NCBI GenBank assembly: GCA_964394835.1
Contig: CAYMZA010000002.1
Location: 1-56,627, forward strand
From: an uncultured Gammaproteobacteria bacterium
GTDB taxonomy: Bacteria; Patescibacteriota; Patescibacteriia; UBA1558; GWA2-36-10
Length of the DNA stretch: 56,627 nucleotides
Reading direction: 5' to 3'
Numbering within the stretch: the stretch's first letter is position 1; each line of letters opens with the position of its first letter. Positions 9,252 to 18,139 of this stretch are shown here, piece after piece. A program made the position numbers and the translations under genes. The notes beneath the pieces were generated by a model. That model did not search any database. It saw only the letters and a list, made by a program, of their open reading frames with translations, and was not told the DNA's origin.

Positions 9252-9370
9252 AATTATATATTAAAAAATCTGCGCAGTTTATCGCAGACAAGAATATATT
9301 ATCTCGGTAGGATTTACTTTAGCTAATATTAGCTAAAACCCACTGTCTTTGATAAACATTATTTAATTAT
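9252..9370 (-). promoter_or_regulatory. rplJ 5' leader (L10-leader-like) with terminator-like hairpin
   Basis: Leader of about 120 nt downstream of the candidate promoter. Hairpin TCTGCG-N8-CGCAGA (9288-9269) is followed by U6 (9268-9263), 11 nt before the ATG. Confidence 0.45.
9318..9337. repeat. Perfect 20-bp palindrome TTTAGCTAATATTAGCTAAA, copy 1
   Basis: Exact self-complementary 20-mer inside the rplJ leader; 66 nt separate it from the rplJ ATG. Confidence 0.95.
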
Positions 9371-9376
9371 GTAAAG

Positions 9377-9405
9377 AGTATATACTATTTTAACTATTTT
9401 GTCAA
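9377..9405 (-). promoter_or_regulatory. Candidate sigma70-type promoter of rplJ-rplL
   Basis: Minus strand TTGACA (9405-9400), 17-nt spacer, TATACT (9382-9377). Confidence 0.55.
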
Positions 9406-10407
9406 TTAATCTAAATATTTAGCCTTATTTTCCAAGTGCTCTTCATATGTTTTACTGTATATAACAGTAGAATCTTCAGTAGTTAAAAAGTAATAGTATT
9501 CATTAGAAATAGGATAAATAACTGCCTTGATACTACTTAAACCAGGATTAGATATTGGACCAGGTGTTAATCCTCTATATTTATATGTATTATATAGCGA
9601 ATCTATCTTTAAATCTTCATAAGTAGGCTGAGCCATTCCTTTATTTGTTATGAAATTAATAGTAGCATCAGACTGTAATCCAATACCATCTCTTAATCTT
9701 TTTAAGAATATATCAGCTATCATCTTTTTATCTTCATCTTGAGGAACTTCTCTTTCTATTATAGATGCTAGGGTGATAACTTCAAATATAGTTTTATCTT
9801 GTTTATCTATTTCATCTCTTAATTCTTTATCTAATTTATTATCAAAATTATTTAATGATTTTATAATAATATCATCTAAACTAGTTTGACTATCTATATA
9901 ATATGTATCAGGAAAGATATACCCCTCTAAACTAGCATTACTACTAGCATCTTGAAGAAATGCATAATCCTCTTCCCATGATGTTTTACTAGAAGTTAAT
10001 TTAAGAAATTCATCTTTTGAAAAATTAAACTCTTCTAAATATTTAGATAACAAATTCCTATCCCAACCTTCTAACATTGTTAAAGAAGTCTGTGTATTTT
10101 CAGATCCTTGTGTAATAATATTTGTTAAGTTTTTAATAGATACATCTGAAGAAAAATAGTAAGTACCAGCTAATACTTTAGATTCTAACTTATTTATCCA
10201 AAGCCAAGTTTCAAAAACAAACTTATTCTTTATTAAATTAGCTTCATGTAAATTACTACTAATAGCATTAACACCCTCCCCTTTTTCTATTATAAAAATA
10301 GATTTTTCTTCTTGGCTATTACCAGATAATAATACAGAAAAAAACCATATAGCTACTATAATTCCAACAAATATTAATCTTTTAATTAATTTAAACATTT
10401 TTTTCAC
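9406..10407 (-). CDS. mltG: Endolytic murein transglycosylase MltG (YceG family)
   Basis: N-terminal TM and YceG-like motifs (LASIIEREV, SDATINF, YNTYKYRGLTPGPISNPG). Confidence 0.85.
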   Translation of the reverse strand: MKKMFKLIKRLIFVGIIVAIWFFSVLLSGNSQEEKSIFIIEKGEGVNAISSNLHEANLIKNKFVFETWLWINKLESKVLAGTYYFSSDVSIKNLTNIITQGSENTQTSLTMLEGWDRNLLSKYLEEFNFSKDEFLKLTSSKTSWEEDYAFLQDASSNASLEGYIFPDTYYIDSQTSLDDIIIKSLNNFDNKLDKELRDEIDKQDKTIFEVITLASIIEREVPQDEDKKMIADIFLKRLRDGIGLQSDATINFITNKGMAQPTYEDLKIDSLYNTYKYRGLTPGPISNPGLSSIKAVIYPISNEYYYFLTTEDSTVIYSKTYEEHLENKAKYLD

Positions 10408-10807
10408 TTGCTTCTTTAATTAATATAGAACTAGATCTTATCTTATCACCACCTACATTATCCACCATTTCAATATTATTTTCTCTACATATCTTAGATT
10501 CTGGTATCTCACCCTGGTGTCTATCACCACCATTAGCAAATATATCAGGATTAACCTCTTCTAAAGATTTACAGATACTTCTATCTTTGTCAATTGATAT
10601 AAACACTTCATCTACATATTTAATAGCTTTAACAATTTCTTTTCTATCTTCTAAACTCATAAAAGGTACACTACCCTTTAATTTAACTTGTTCATCATTG
10701 TTTAATATAACAACAAGATAATCACCTAATTCTTTAGCTTCTTTTAATAATCTAACATGACCTACATGCATTGGATTAAAATATCCACTTACAGCTACTT
10801 TTTTCAT
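10391..10807 (-). CDS. Cytidylyltransferase-family nucleotidyltransferase (RfaE domain II / TagD-like)
   Basis: GYFNPMHVGHVRLL (HxGH-type motif), 138 aa, envelope-gene neighbourhood. Confidence 0.7.
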   Translation of the reverse strand: MKKVAVSGYFNPMHVGHVRLLKEAKELGDYLVVILNNDEQVKLKGSVPFMSLEDRKEIVKAIKYVDEVFISIDKDRSICKSLEEVNPDIFANGGDRHQGEIPESKICRENNIEMVDNVGGDKIRSSSILIKEASEKNV

Positions 10808-11553
10808 TATATAAACTTAATAATTAAACTTAAAATTAATGTATATATAAAGAATAGATAAAAATAATCTTTCTTTATTAAACTCTTTAAAATAACTAAA
10901 GCTAAATATCCAACTAATATAGTTATACCAAAACCTAATAAATAATACCAGGAAAAAATTAAACTTTTAAAAGAAATAATACTTGCTGCTAATATAGCTG
11001 GAATAGCTAAAAGAAAAGAATAAACAAAAGCTTCTTTTTTGTATACTCCCATAATTAAAGCTGTAGCTATAACTACTCCACTACGAGATAACCCAGGAAG
11101 AACAGCAAACCCTTGCACTATTCCAAGTATACTAGCATGCTTCCAATTCAAATGTTTATCTTGTTTAGAAAATTTAACAGTAAAAAGTAACATAGCTGTT
11201 ATTAATAACCAATCAGAAACAGAAGATGTTGTACGAAAACTATTTATATTTAAATAGAATATATAACCTATAATACCTGTAAATATAGTACTTAATAGTA
11301 TGTAGGGTATCCAATTCTTTATATTATCATCCTTTTTATTAAAAAAAGATTTAATTACTTTTATAATATCATCTCTAAAAAATATAATAATAACTAAAAG
11401 ACTAGCTAAATGTAAAAAAATATCAAATCCTAAAGAAGCTTCTTTAATCTTTAACCAATTTTCTACTAATACTAAATGCCCAGAACTAGATACAGGTAAC
11501 CATTCTGTAATTCCTTGTATAATACTTAAATATGTTATTTCTAATATACTCAT
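10807..11553 (-). CDS. uppP: Undecaprenyl-diphosphate phosphatase (UppP/BacA)
   Basis: GITEWLPVSSSGHL and PGLSRSG motifs; polytopic membrane protein. Confidence 0.9.
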   Translation of the reverse strand: MSILEITYLSIIQGITEWLPVSSSGHLVLVENWLKIKEASLGFDIFLHLASLLVIIIFFRDDIIKVIKSFFNKKDDNIKNWIPYILLSTIFTGIIGYIFYLNINSFRTTSSVSDWLLITAMLLFTVKFSKQDKHLNWKHASILGIVQGFAVLPGLSRSGVVIATALIMGVYKKEAFVYSFLLAIPAILAASIISFKSLIFSWYYLLGFGITILVGYLALVILKSLIKKDYFYLFFIYTLILSLIIKFI

Positions 11554-11607
11554 TGAGTTTTACTTATTTTTTGCTATAATGTAATTATATACTATTAAAA
11601 TAAAATT

Positions 11608-12036
11608 ATGCAATATCAATTATTTCTAATCCCTATAATAGTGATGATAATAAACCAAATTATTAAAGTTATTGTTGAAATGTTTAAAGGTGAGTTTAGT
11701 TGGCCCTCATTATTAAGTTACGGTGGTATGCCATCTAGTCATGCAGCTATAGTTACATCTTTAACTATTGTTATGGGATATTATAATGAAATAAAATCTC
11801 CTGAATTTGCTATTACTATAATATTAGCCATATTAATTATTAGAGATGCTTCTGGTATAAGATTACAATTGGGTAATCATGGAAAAATACTTAACAAACT
11901 TATAAAAGAATTACCTGATAAAAAAGAATACAAATTTCCAGTTTTAAATGAAAGATTTGGTCATAAGAATATAGAAGTTGCTATTGGTATTATTATTAGT
12001 ATTATATTAACCAGTATAGCTATTAATATCTGGTAA
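11608..12036 (+). CDS. Divergent PAP2 family membrane protein (DUF212/YuiD-like)
   Basis: GGMPSSHAA and RDASGIR motifs; 142 aa; several TM helices. Confidence 0.65.
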   Translation: MQYQLFLIPIIVMIINQIIKVIVEMFKGEFSWPSLLSYGGMPSSHAAIVTSLTIVMGYYNEIKSPEFAITIILAILIIRDASGIRLQLGNHGKILNKLIKELPDKKEYKFPVLNERFGHKNIEVAIGIIISIILTSIAINIW

Positions 12037-13614
12037 TTAAATTAAAGAACTACTTGTCATTTCAGGTGGTTTTTTTAACCCCATTATTTTTAATATAGTT
12101 GGAGTAACGTCTGATAATACTCCAACAGGTGTAATACTACTTAAATCTTTACCAGACACTCCTGTTAAAACACTTTTACCTGTAAACTGCTGCCCTATTA
12201 TAAATAAAGGAACGGGATTATTAGTATGTTCTTTATCTATTATACCAGTTTGTAAATCATACAGTTTTTCAGCATTACCATGATCAGCAGTAATTAAAAC
12301 AACTCCATCATAAGACAATGTTGTATCAACTAATTCTCCTACTAATTGATCTAATATTTCTATAGCTTCAATAGTAGCTTTTATATTACCCGTATGACCA
12401 ACCATATCTGGATTAGCGTAGTTTATAACTATAAAATCATATAAACCCTCTTTAATAAATTGCATTGTCTTAGAAGTGATTTCACGAGCTGACATAGCTG
12501 GTTTTTGATCAAAAGAAGGAATACTAGGAGATGGTACTAATATTCTATCTTCTCCCTCAAAAATAGTTTCCTTACCTCCATTAAAAAAATAAGTAACATG
12601 TGCATACTTATTAGTTTCAGCAATATGTAATTGTTTTAAACCTGCATCAGATATTACCTTAGCTAAAGGTACATCTATTGACAATGGTTTAAATGCTACT
12701 ATAGCTGGTAAATCTTTTTCATACTCTGTCATAATAACCATTAGTAGGTTTTTATAGTAACTCTGTTCAAACTTTTCAAAACCAGGAACTATTAATGACT
12801 TAGTTAATTGTCTAGCTCTATCTGATCTAAAATTAAAGAAAATGACAGCATCATTGTCTTGTATAGTGCCTTTAGGATTATCATTTTCATCTGTTATAAC
12901 AATAGGCATAAATTGTTCATCATACACTGAATTATCATATGAATTTTGTATAGCTTGTAAAGGATTAGAAGATTTTTCTTTAGATTGACCATTAACTATA
13001 GCATTATATGCTAAAGAGGTTCTATCCCAATTATGATCTCTATCCATAGCATAGAAACGACCTGCTAAACTAGCTATACTACCTATACCAATTTCCTTTA
13101 TTTTGTCTTGTAATTTATTAATATATTCTAAAGCTCCATTATATATTGTATCTCTACCATCTAAAAAAGCATGAATATATACTTTTTCTATATTTTCTTT
13201 TTTAGCTAATTCTAAAATAGCATACAAATGTTCATTATAACTATGAATACCACCATCACTAACTAAACCCATAATATGTAAAGCACTATTTTTTTCTTTT
13301 GCATGATCACATGCTTTTAATAATCCTTCATTCTTAAAAAAATCTTTACTAATAATATCTTTAGTAATTCTAGGTAAGTATTGATATGGTATTAATCCAG
13401 ATCCTAAAGAAAGGTGTCCTACTTGAGAATTACCCATTTCTCCCCAAGGTAAACCAACTGCTTCACCACTAGCTGATAATGGCATAATTGGATAATTAGA
13501 AGCATACTTATCAAAATTAGGTGTTTTAGCTAAAGAAATAGCATTAGCTCTAGAAGAAGGAGCAATACCAAACCCATCTAATATTATTAATACAACTGGT
13601 TTAGGTCTATTCAT
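12037..13614 (-). CDS. gpmI: 2,3-bisphosphoglycerate-independent phosphoglycerate mutase, copy A
   Basis: LDGFG, GNSQVGH (catalytic Ser), SDGGIHS, DGRD, GRFYAMDRD, FNFRSDRARQ, KYAHVTYFFNGG, NPDMVGHTG and TADHGN motifs are all present. Confidence 0.9.
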   Translation of the reverse strand: MNRPKPVVLIILDGFGIAPSSRANAISLAKTPNFDKYASNYPIMPLSASGEAVGLPWGEMGNSQVGHLSLGSGLIPYQYLPRITKDIISKDFFKNEGLLKACDHAKEKNSALHIMGLVSDGGIHSYNEHLYAILELAKKENIEKVYIHAFLDGRDTIYNGALEYINKLQDKIKEIGIGSIASLAGRFYAMDRDHNWDRTSLAYNAIVNGQSKEKSSNPLQAIQNSYDNSVYDEQFMPIVITDENDNPKGTIQDNDAVIFFNFRSDRARQLTKSLIVPGFEKFEQSYYKNLLMVIMTEYEKDLPAIVAFKPLSIDVPLAKVISDAGLKQLHIAETNKYAHVTYFFNGGKETIFEGEDRILVPSPSIPSFDQKPAMSAREITSKTMQFIKEGLYDFIVINYANPDMVGHTGNIKATIEAIEILDQLVGELVDTTLSYDGVVLITADHGNAEKLYDLQTGIIDKEHTNNPVPLFIIGQQFTGKSVLTGVSGKDLSSITPVGVLSDVTPTILKIMGLKKPPEMTSSSLI

Positions 13615-15174
13615 TTATTTTTTAATTAAAGATTTTCCTGTCATTGATTTAGGCTTTTTTATATTTAAAATATCTAATATAGTTGGTGCTATATCAGCTA
13701 ATTTACCTATTTTCTCTAATTTATATTTATGCTTGTTGATTATAACAAAAGGAACTAAATTAGTAGAGTGTTTGGTTATAATTTCATTTGTTTCATTATC
13801 TATCATTTCTTCAACATTACCGTGGTCAGATGTTATTATAACAGTACCATTTTTCTTAAATACTGCTGATACAATTTTACCAACTTCTTTATCTACAATC
13901 TCAATAGCTTTAATAGCTGCTTCAATATTACCAGTATGACCAATCATATCCGGACTAGCATAGTTTAGGGTTATAAAATCAAATTTTTTATCTTTTATAG
14001 CTTTAACTACATTGCTAGTAACAAGTTTAACACTCATGCCTGGTTTTTGATCATATGTACTAATATCTTTAGAAGGAACAGATATTCTTTTTTCTTTTAC
14101 AACTGGATTATCATAGCCTCCATTGAAAAAATAAGTTACATGAGCATACTTTTCTGTTTCTGCAATATATAATTGCCTATACTCATTTAAAGCTGTTGTT
14201 AATGAGTTTGGTATGTCTATAGCTGGATAAGCTGTTAAAATATGATCTAATCCTGCACCAAAGTCTGTTAAAGCAGTAAAGAATAAATTTTTAACTTTTT
14301 TATTTCTTTTAAAAGAATTTTCATTCTCTTTTTCAAAGTTTTGCTGTGCAAATGTTTTACTCAGTTGTCTGGCTCTATCTGATCTTAAATTAAAAAATAC
14401 TATAGCATCATTATCATTTATTGGACCAATAGGTTTTTTATCTTTACCAACTATAACTGAAGGTAATATAAACTCATCACTCTCTCCCCTGTTATATGCT
14501 TGATTAACAGCTTCAATGCTATTAGGAACTGATACACCACTACCTTCTGTAATAGACTCATATGCTAATTTAGTTATTTTCCAATCTCTCTTCCTATCCA
14601 TAGCATAGAAACGACCTATAATAGTAGCTATTTTAACTCTTTTACTATTAAATACATCTTTATATTTATCTAAAATTTTTAAAGCAGAAAATATATGACT
14701 ATCACGACCATCTGTAAATAAATGAAGATAAATATTTTGTTTAGTATGTTCAGTAAAAAAATCAATCAAAGCTAATATATGATCATTATCTGAATGAGGG
14801 CTTTGATCTTCTGATAATAATCCCATTAAATGAATGTCTGATTTATTATCATTAACATGTTGAGCTGTTTGTAAAAAAGCAGGATTCTTAAAAAAAGTAC
14901 CATTCTTAATACTCTTATTTATTATAATAGAATCTTGAGGTATTATTCTACCTGCTCCAATATTCATATGACCAGCCTCTGAATTACCCGGTTGTCCGTC
15001 TGGTAAACCAACATAGTGTCCTGAAGCATGTAAGTGAGCATGAGAATACTCTTTGCATAATTTATCTATATTAGGTGTCTTAGCCAAAGCTATAGCATTG
15101 CCCCTTATTTCTTTACTAACACCCCAACCATCTAAAATAATTAAAACTAATGGTAAAATATTATTATTCTTCAT
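13615..15174 (-). CDS. 2,3-bisphosphoglycerate-independent phosphoglycerate mutase paralog, copy B (divergent)
   Basis: Same family motifs (LDGWG, GNSEAGH, DGRD, GRFYAMDRK, FNLRSDRARQ, KYAHVTYFFNGG, SPDMIGHTG, TSDHGN), but SDGG(V/I)HS is replaced by SEDQSPHS. Confidence 0.8.
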   Translation of the reverse strand: MKNNNILPLVLIILDGWGVSKEIRGNAIALAKTPNIDKLCKEYSHAHLHASGHYVGLPDGQPGNSEAGHMNIGAGRIIPQDSIIINKSIKNGTFFKNPAFLQTAQHVNDNKSDIHLMGLLSEDQSPHSDNDHILALIDFFTEHTKQNIYLHLFTDGRDSHIFSALKILDKYKDVFNSKRVKIATIIGRFYAMDRKRDWKITKLAYESITEGSGVSVPNSIEAVNQAYNRGESDEFILPSVIVGKDKKPIGPINDNDAIVFFNLRSDRARQLSKTFAQQNFEKENENSFKRNKKVKNLFFTALTDFGAGLDHILTAYPAIDIPNSLTTALNEYRQLYIAETEKYAHVTYFFNGGYDNPVVKEKRISVPSKDISTYDQKPGMSVKLVTSNVVKAIKDKKFDFITLNYASPDMIGHTGNIEAAIKAIEIVDKEVGKIVSAVFKKNGTVIITSDHGNVEEMIDNETNEIITKHSTNLVPFVIINKHKYKLEKIGKLADIAPTILDILNIKKPKSMTGKSLIKK

Positions 15175-15175
15175 A

Positions 15176-16447
15176 TTAATTTAATCCTTTTTCAATACTT
15201 AATAATCTATTATACTTAACTGTTCTTTCACTCCTCGATGTAGAACCTGTTTTAATATACTGAGCATTTACTGCTACAGCTAAATCAGCAATAGTAGTAT
15301 CTGATGTTTCTCCACTACGATGAGATATAATTATATCATAATTATTATCTTGAGCTAAACGAATAGCATTAAATGTTTCCGTTAAAGTACCTATTTGATT
15401 AGGCTTTATCAAAATAGTGTTAGCTACACCTAAATCAATGCCCTTTTGTAATCTTTGTATATTAGTAACAAATAAATCATCACCAATAATCTTAATATTA
15501 TTATCTTTAATATATTCATCTTTACTAAAGTCTTCCCAAGCTTTCCAATCTTCTTGATCAAGGGGGTCTTCTAAATATTGTAAAGGATATGTATGAATTA
15601 ATTCTAGATAGTAGTCTATTAACTCTTGTGAAGAAAAAGATTTATTTTCTAAACTAAAAAGATAATTATCATCCTCTATATTATATAGCTCAGAAGCACC
15701 CGCATCAATACCAAAAACTATATCTTCACCTAACTTATATCCACAACTTTCTACTGATTGAGCAATTAAATCAAAAGCCTGACCATGTGATTTAAGATTA
15801 GGAGCATAACCACCTTCGTTACCTAAATCAGTATCTAAACCAATACCATGTAATAGTTCACCTAACTTATGAAAGATTTCACTAACTTGTCTTAATCTTT
15901 CTTTAAATGTTTTAACTTTAATTGGTATAATCCAAAACTCTTGAATATTAATATTAGTACTAGCATGTACTCCTCCATTTATAACATTAACTAAAGGAAT
16001 GGGTAAATTAAAGTTTTTAAGCTTAGGATTATACAAATTACGCAAATATTCATACAAGGGAATATTTAAAGCTTTACTAGCTGTATGAGCTAAAGCCAAA
16101 GATACACCTAATATAGCATTAGCGCCTAACTTGCTCTTATTCTTAGTATTATCTAAATCAATCATTAATTTATCTATTTTTTCTTGATCTGTAACTTGTA
16201 ATCCATTTAATTCTTTATTTAAAATACTATTTACATTTTCTACAGCCCTTAAGACACCCTTGCCCTTATACCTAAGTAAATCATTATCTCTTAATTCAAA
16301 AGCTTCAAAACGACCCGTAGAAGCTCCAGAAGGAACAGATGCACTACCTATAATACCATTAGAAAGTATTATATCAACCTTAAGAGTGGGATTACCCCTA
16401 GAATCCAATATCTCTAATGCTTTTATTTCTTTTATCTTATTAGGCAT
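15176..16447 (-). CDS. eno: Enolase
   Basis: Full-length enolase (SRGNPT, SGASTG, IKPNQIGT, SHRSGETED-like SHRSGETSD). Confidence 0.95.
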   Translation of the reverse strand: MPNKIKEIKALEILDSRGNPTLKVDIILSNGIIGSASVPSGASTGRFEAFELRDNDLLRYKGKGVLRAVENVNSILNKELNGLQVTDQEKIDKLMIDLDNTKNKSKLGANAILGVSLALAHTASKALNIPLYEYLRNLYNPKLKNFNLPIPLVNVINGGVHASTNINIQEFWIIPIKVKTFKERLRQVSEIFHKLGELLHGIGLDTDLGNEGGYAPNLKSHGQAFDLIAQSVESCGYKLGEDIVFGIDAGASELYNIEDDNYLFSLENKSFSSQELIDYYLELIHTYPLQYLEDPLDQEDWKAWEDFSKDEYIKDNNIKIIGDDLFVTNIQRLQKGIDLGVANTILIKPNQIGTLTETFNAIRLAQDNNYDIIISHRSGETSDTTIADLAVAVNAQYIKTGSTSRSERTVKYNRLLSIEKGLN

Positions 16448-16448
16448 A

Positions 16449-17603
16449 TTACTTTTTTAACTTTTCTAAAGCTAACATCTTAGATTCTTGAAGAAAATAT
16501 AGCATAGCTCCTCCCCCTGTAGATATAAAGTATAGTTTATTATCTAAATTAATACTTTTAACTAATGCTACTGTTTCTCCACCACCTATTATAATCTTAG
16601 CTTTAGTTTTACTTAAAGCTTTTATTAATTTAACAGAACCTTTACTAAAAAAACTATTTTCAAAATACCCCAAAGGCCCATTCCATACTATTGTTTTAGA
16701 TTTACTTAAAATATTAATATATTCTTTAATTGTTTTACTTCCAAGATCTAAAATCAAAGAATTATTAGATATATTATCTATATCAACATTATTGCCTTTC
16801 TTACTTTTCAAACTTTTAACAATAACTACATCTGTAGGTAAATGTATTTTTTTACTTTTTATTTTATTAACCAAGGAAATACTTTTCTTATCATACAAAG
16901 ATTTACCAATACTATATTTCCTAGCTTTTAAAAATGTATTAGCTAATACACCTCCTAAAAGAATATCATTAGAAATATTATTGAATTTTTTAATCAAAGG
17001 AAGTTTAGTCTTAGTTTTAGCTCCACCTAGTATAACAGAAAGTCCTTTTTTAGTTTTTAATACATTACTTAACACCTTTACTTCTTCTAAGAGTAATAGC
17101 CCTGCATAGCTTGGTAAGTGCTCCGTTATACCTAAAACAGAAGAATGATTACGATGACATACGGCAAAAGCATCATTAATATATATATCACCTAGTTTAC
17201 TTAAAGACTTAGCTAATCTTTTACAATTTTTTTCTTCCCTATCATAGAAACGAATATTCTCTAACATAGATATATTACCATTAGCTAATCTTAAACTATC
17301 TTGATAATATCCTTTAAAATCATCAGACCAAAATTCAACACCTTGATTCAAAAGTTTAGATAAATACTGTGATATTGGTAATAGTGATAACTTATTATCC
17401 CTACCCTTAGGTCTGCCTAAGTGAGATATTATAATCACCTTAGCTTTTTTCTTTACTAAATACTGTATTGTAGGTAATGATCTTTCTATTCTCCAAGCTT
17501 CTTTTTTATTAATCTTACCGTCTAAAGGAATGTTTAAATCTAATCGCAATAGTACTCTTTTGCCTCTTAAAGATTTAATTGCTCTTAAGCTTTTTAATTT
17601 CAT
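16449..17603 (-). CDS. pgk: Phosphoglycerate kinase
   Basis: RLDLNIPL, ISHLGRPKG and GGGETV-type motifs; 384 aa. Confidence 0.95.
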   Translation of the reverse strand: MKLKSLRAIKSLRGKRVLLRLDLNIPLDGKINKKEAWRIERSLPTIQYLVKKKAKVIIISHLGRPKGRDNKLSLLPISQYLSKLLNQGVEFWSDDFKGYYQDSLRLANGNISMLENIRFYDREEKNCKRLAKSLSKLGDIYINDAFAVCHRNHSSVLGITEHLPSYAGLLLLEEVKVLSNVLKTKKGLSVILGGAKTKTKLPLIKKFNNISNDILLGGVLANTFLKARKYSIGKSLYDKKSISLVNKIKSKKIHLPTDVVIVKSLKSKKGNNVDIDNISNNSLILDLGSKTIKEYINILSKSKTIVWNGPLGYFENSFFSKGSVKLIKALSKTKAKIIIGGGETVALVKSINLDNKLYFISTGGGAMLYFLQESKMLALEKLKK

Positions 17604-17606
17604 ATT

Positions 17607-17984
17607 TTATTTCTTTTTTGGTGTTGGTATAAATACTGATTTAACATTAGATAACTCTACTAAAGGACATAAACTATCTTTAGGAATATCAGATTTAACA
17701 TAATCAAATAGCCAAGTACCATTATTTAAATTAATACCTAAATTATCTAAAGTTAATTTAATATTATCTTCTAATGGAAGCTTTTTAAAGCTAATAAAAG
17801 CAGATATTGTTTCTATATCTCTATCTAGTTCTAAGATTGAGGAAGATATTTTATTAACCTCACACTCTAATGTTGTACTTAAAGTTTGAGTAAAACTAGC
17901 ACCCTTTTTATTCATTAAGAATATAATACCAATTATTACACAAAAAATGATAATAAAAAAGAGAAAGAAATGTAATATTTTCAT
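17607..17984 (-). CDS. Hypothetical membrane-anchored protein, first gene of the pgk-eno-gpmI operon
   Basis: 125 aa, N-terminal TM helix, 3-nt gap to pgk; no family recognised. Confidence 0.5.
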   Translation of the reverse strand: MKILHFFLFFIIIFCVIIGIIFLMNKKGASFTQTLSTTLECEVNKISSSILELDRDIETISAFISFKKLPLEDNIKLTLDNLGINLNNGTWLFDYVKSDIPKDSLCPLVELSNVKSVFIPTPKKK

Positions 17985-18003
17985 ATATTTATATTATATA
18001 ACC

Positions 18004-18012
18004 ATTATACCA
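18004..18012 (-). promoter_or_regulatory. Extended -10 element (TGgTATAAT) for the glycolytic operon
   Basis: Minus strand TGGTATAAT, 19 nt upstream of the ATG at 17984. Confidence 0.5.
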
Positions 18013-18074
18013 CCTTTGAATAAGGAAATAAAGGGGTTGTTGTTTAAAATATACATGAAAATATATACAAAATC

Positions 18075-18094
18075 TTTAGCTAATATTAGCTAAA
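18075..18094. repeat. Perfect 20-bp palindrome TTTAGCTAATATTAGCTAAA, copy 2 (24-bp palindrome with flanks, 18073-18096)
   Basis: Exact self-complementary sequence between the divergent glycolytic-operon promoter and the RNA promoter. Confidence 0.95.
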
Positions 18095-18104
18095 GATATG
18101 CTAC

Positions 18105-18133
18105 TTGACAAGATTATATATATGTGCTAATAT
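18105..18133 (+). promoter_or_regulatory. Near-consensus sigma70 promoter driving the orphan RNA
   Basis: TTGACA (18105-18110), 17-nt spacer, TGcTAATAT (18125-18133). Confidence 0.6.
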
Positions 18134-18139
18134 AATATA

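Noticed and set aside
8260-9264. 334-aa plus-strand ORF in the six-frame track
   Set aside because: It lies entirely antisense to rplL and rplJ, which are unmistakable. Its low-complexity Ser/Leu/Ala-rich translation is typical of the mirror frame of a K/E/A-rich gene.
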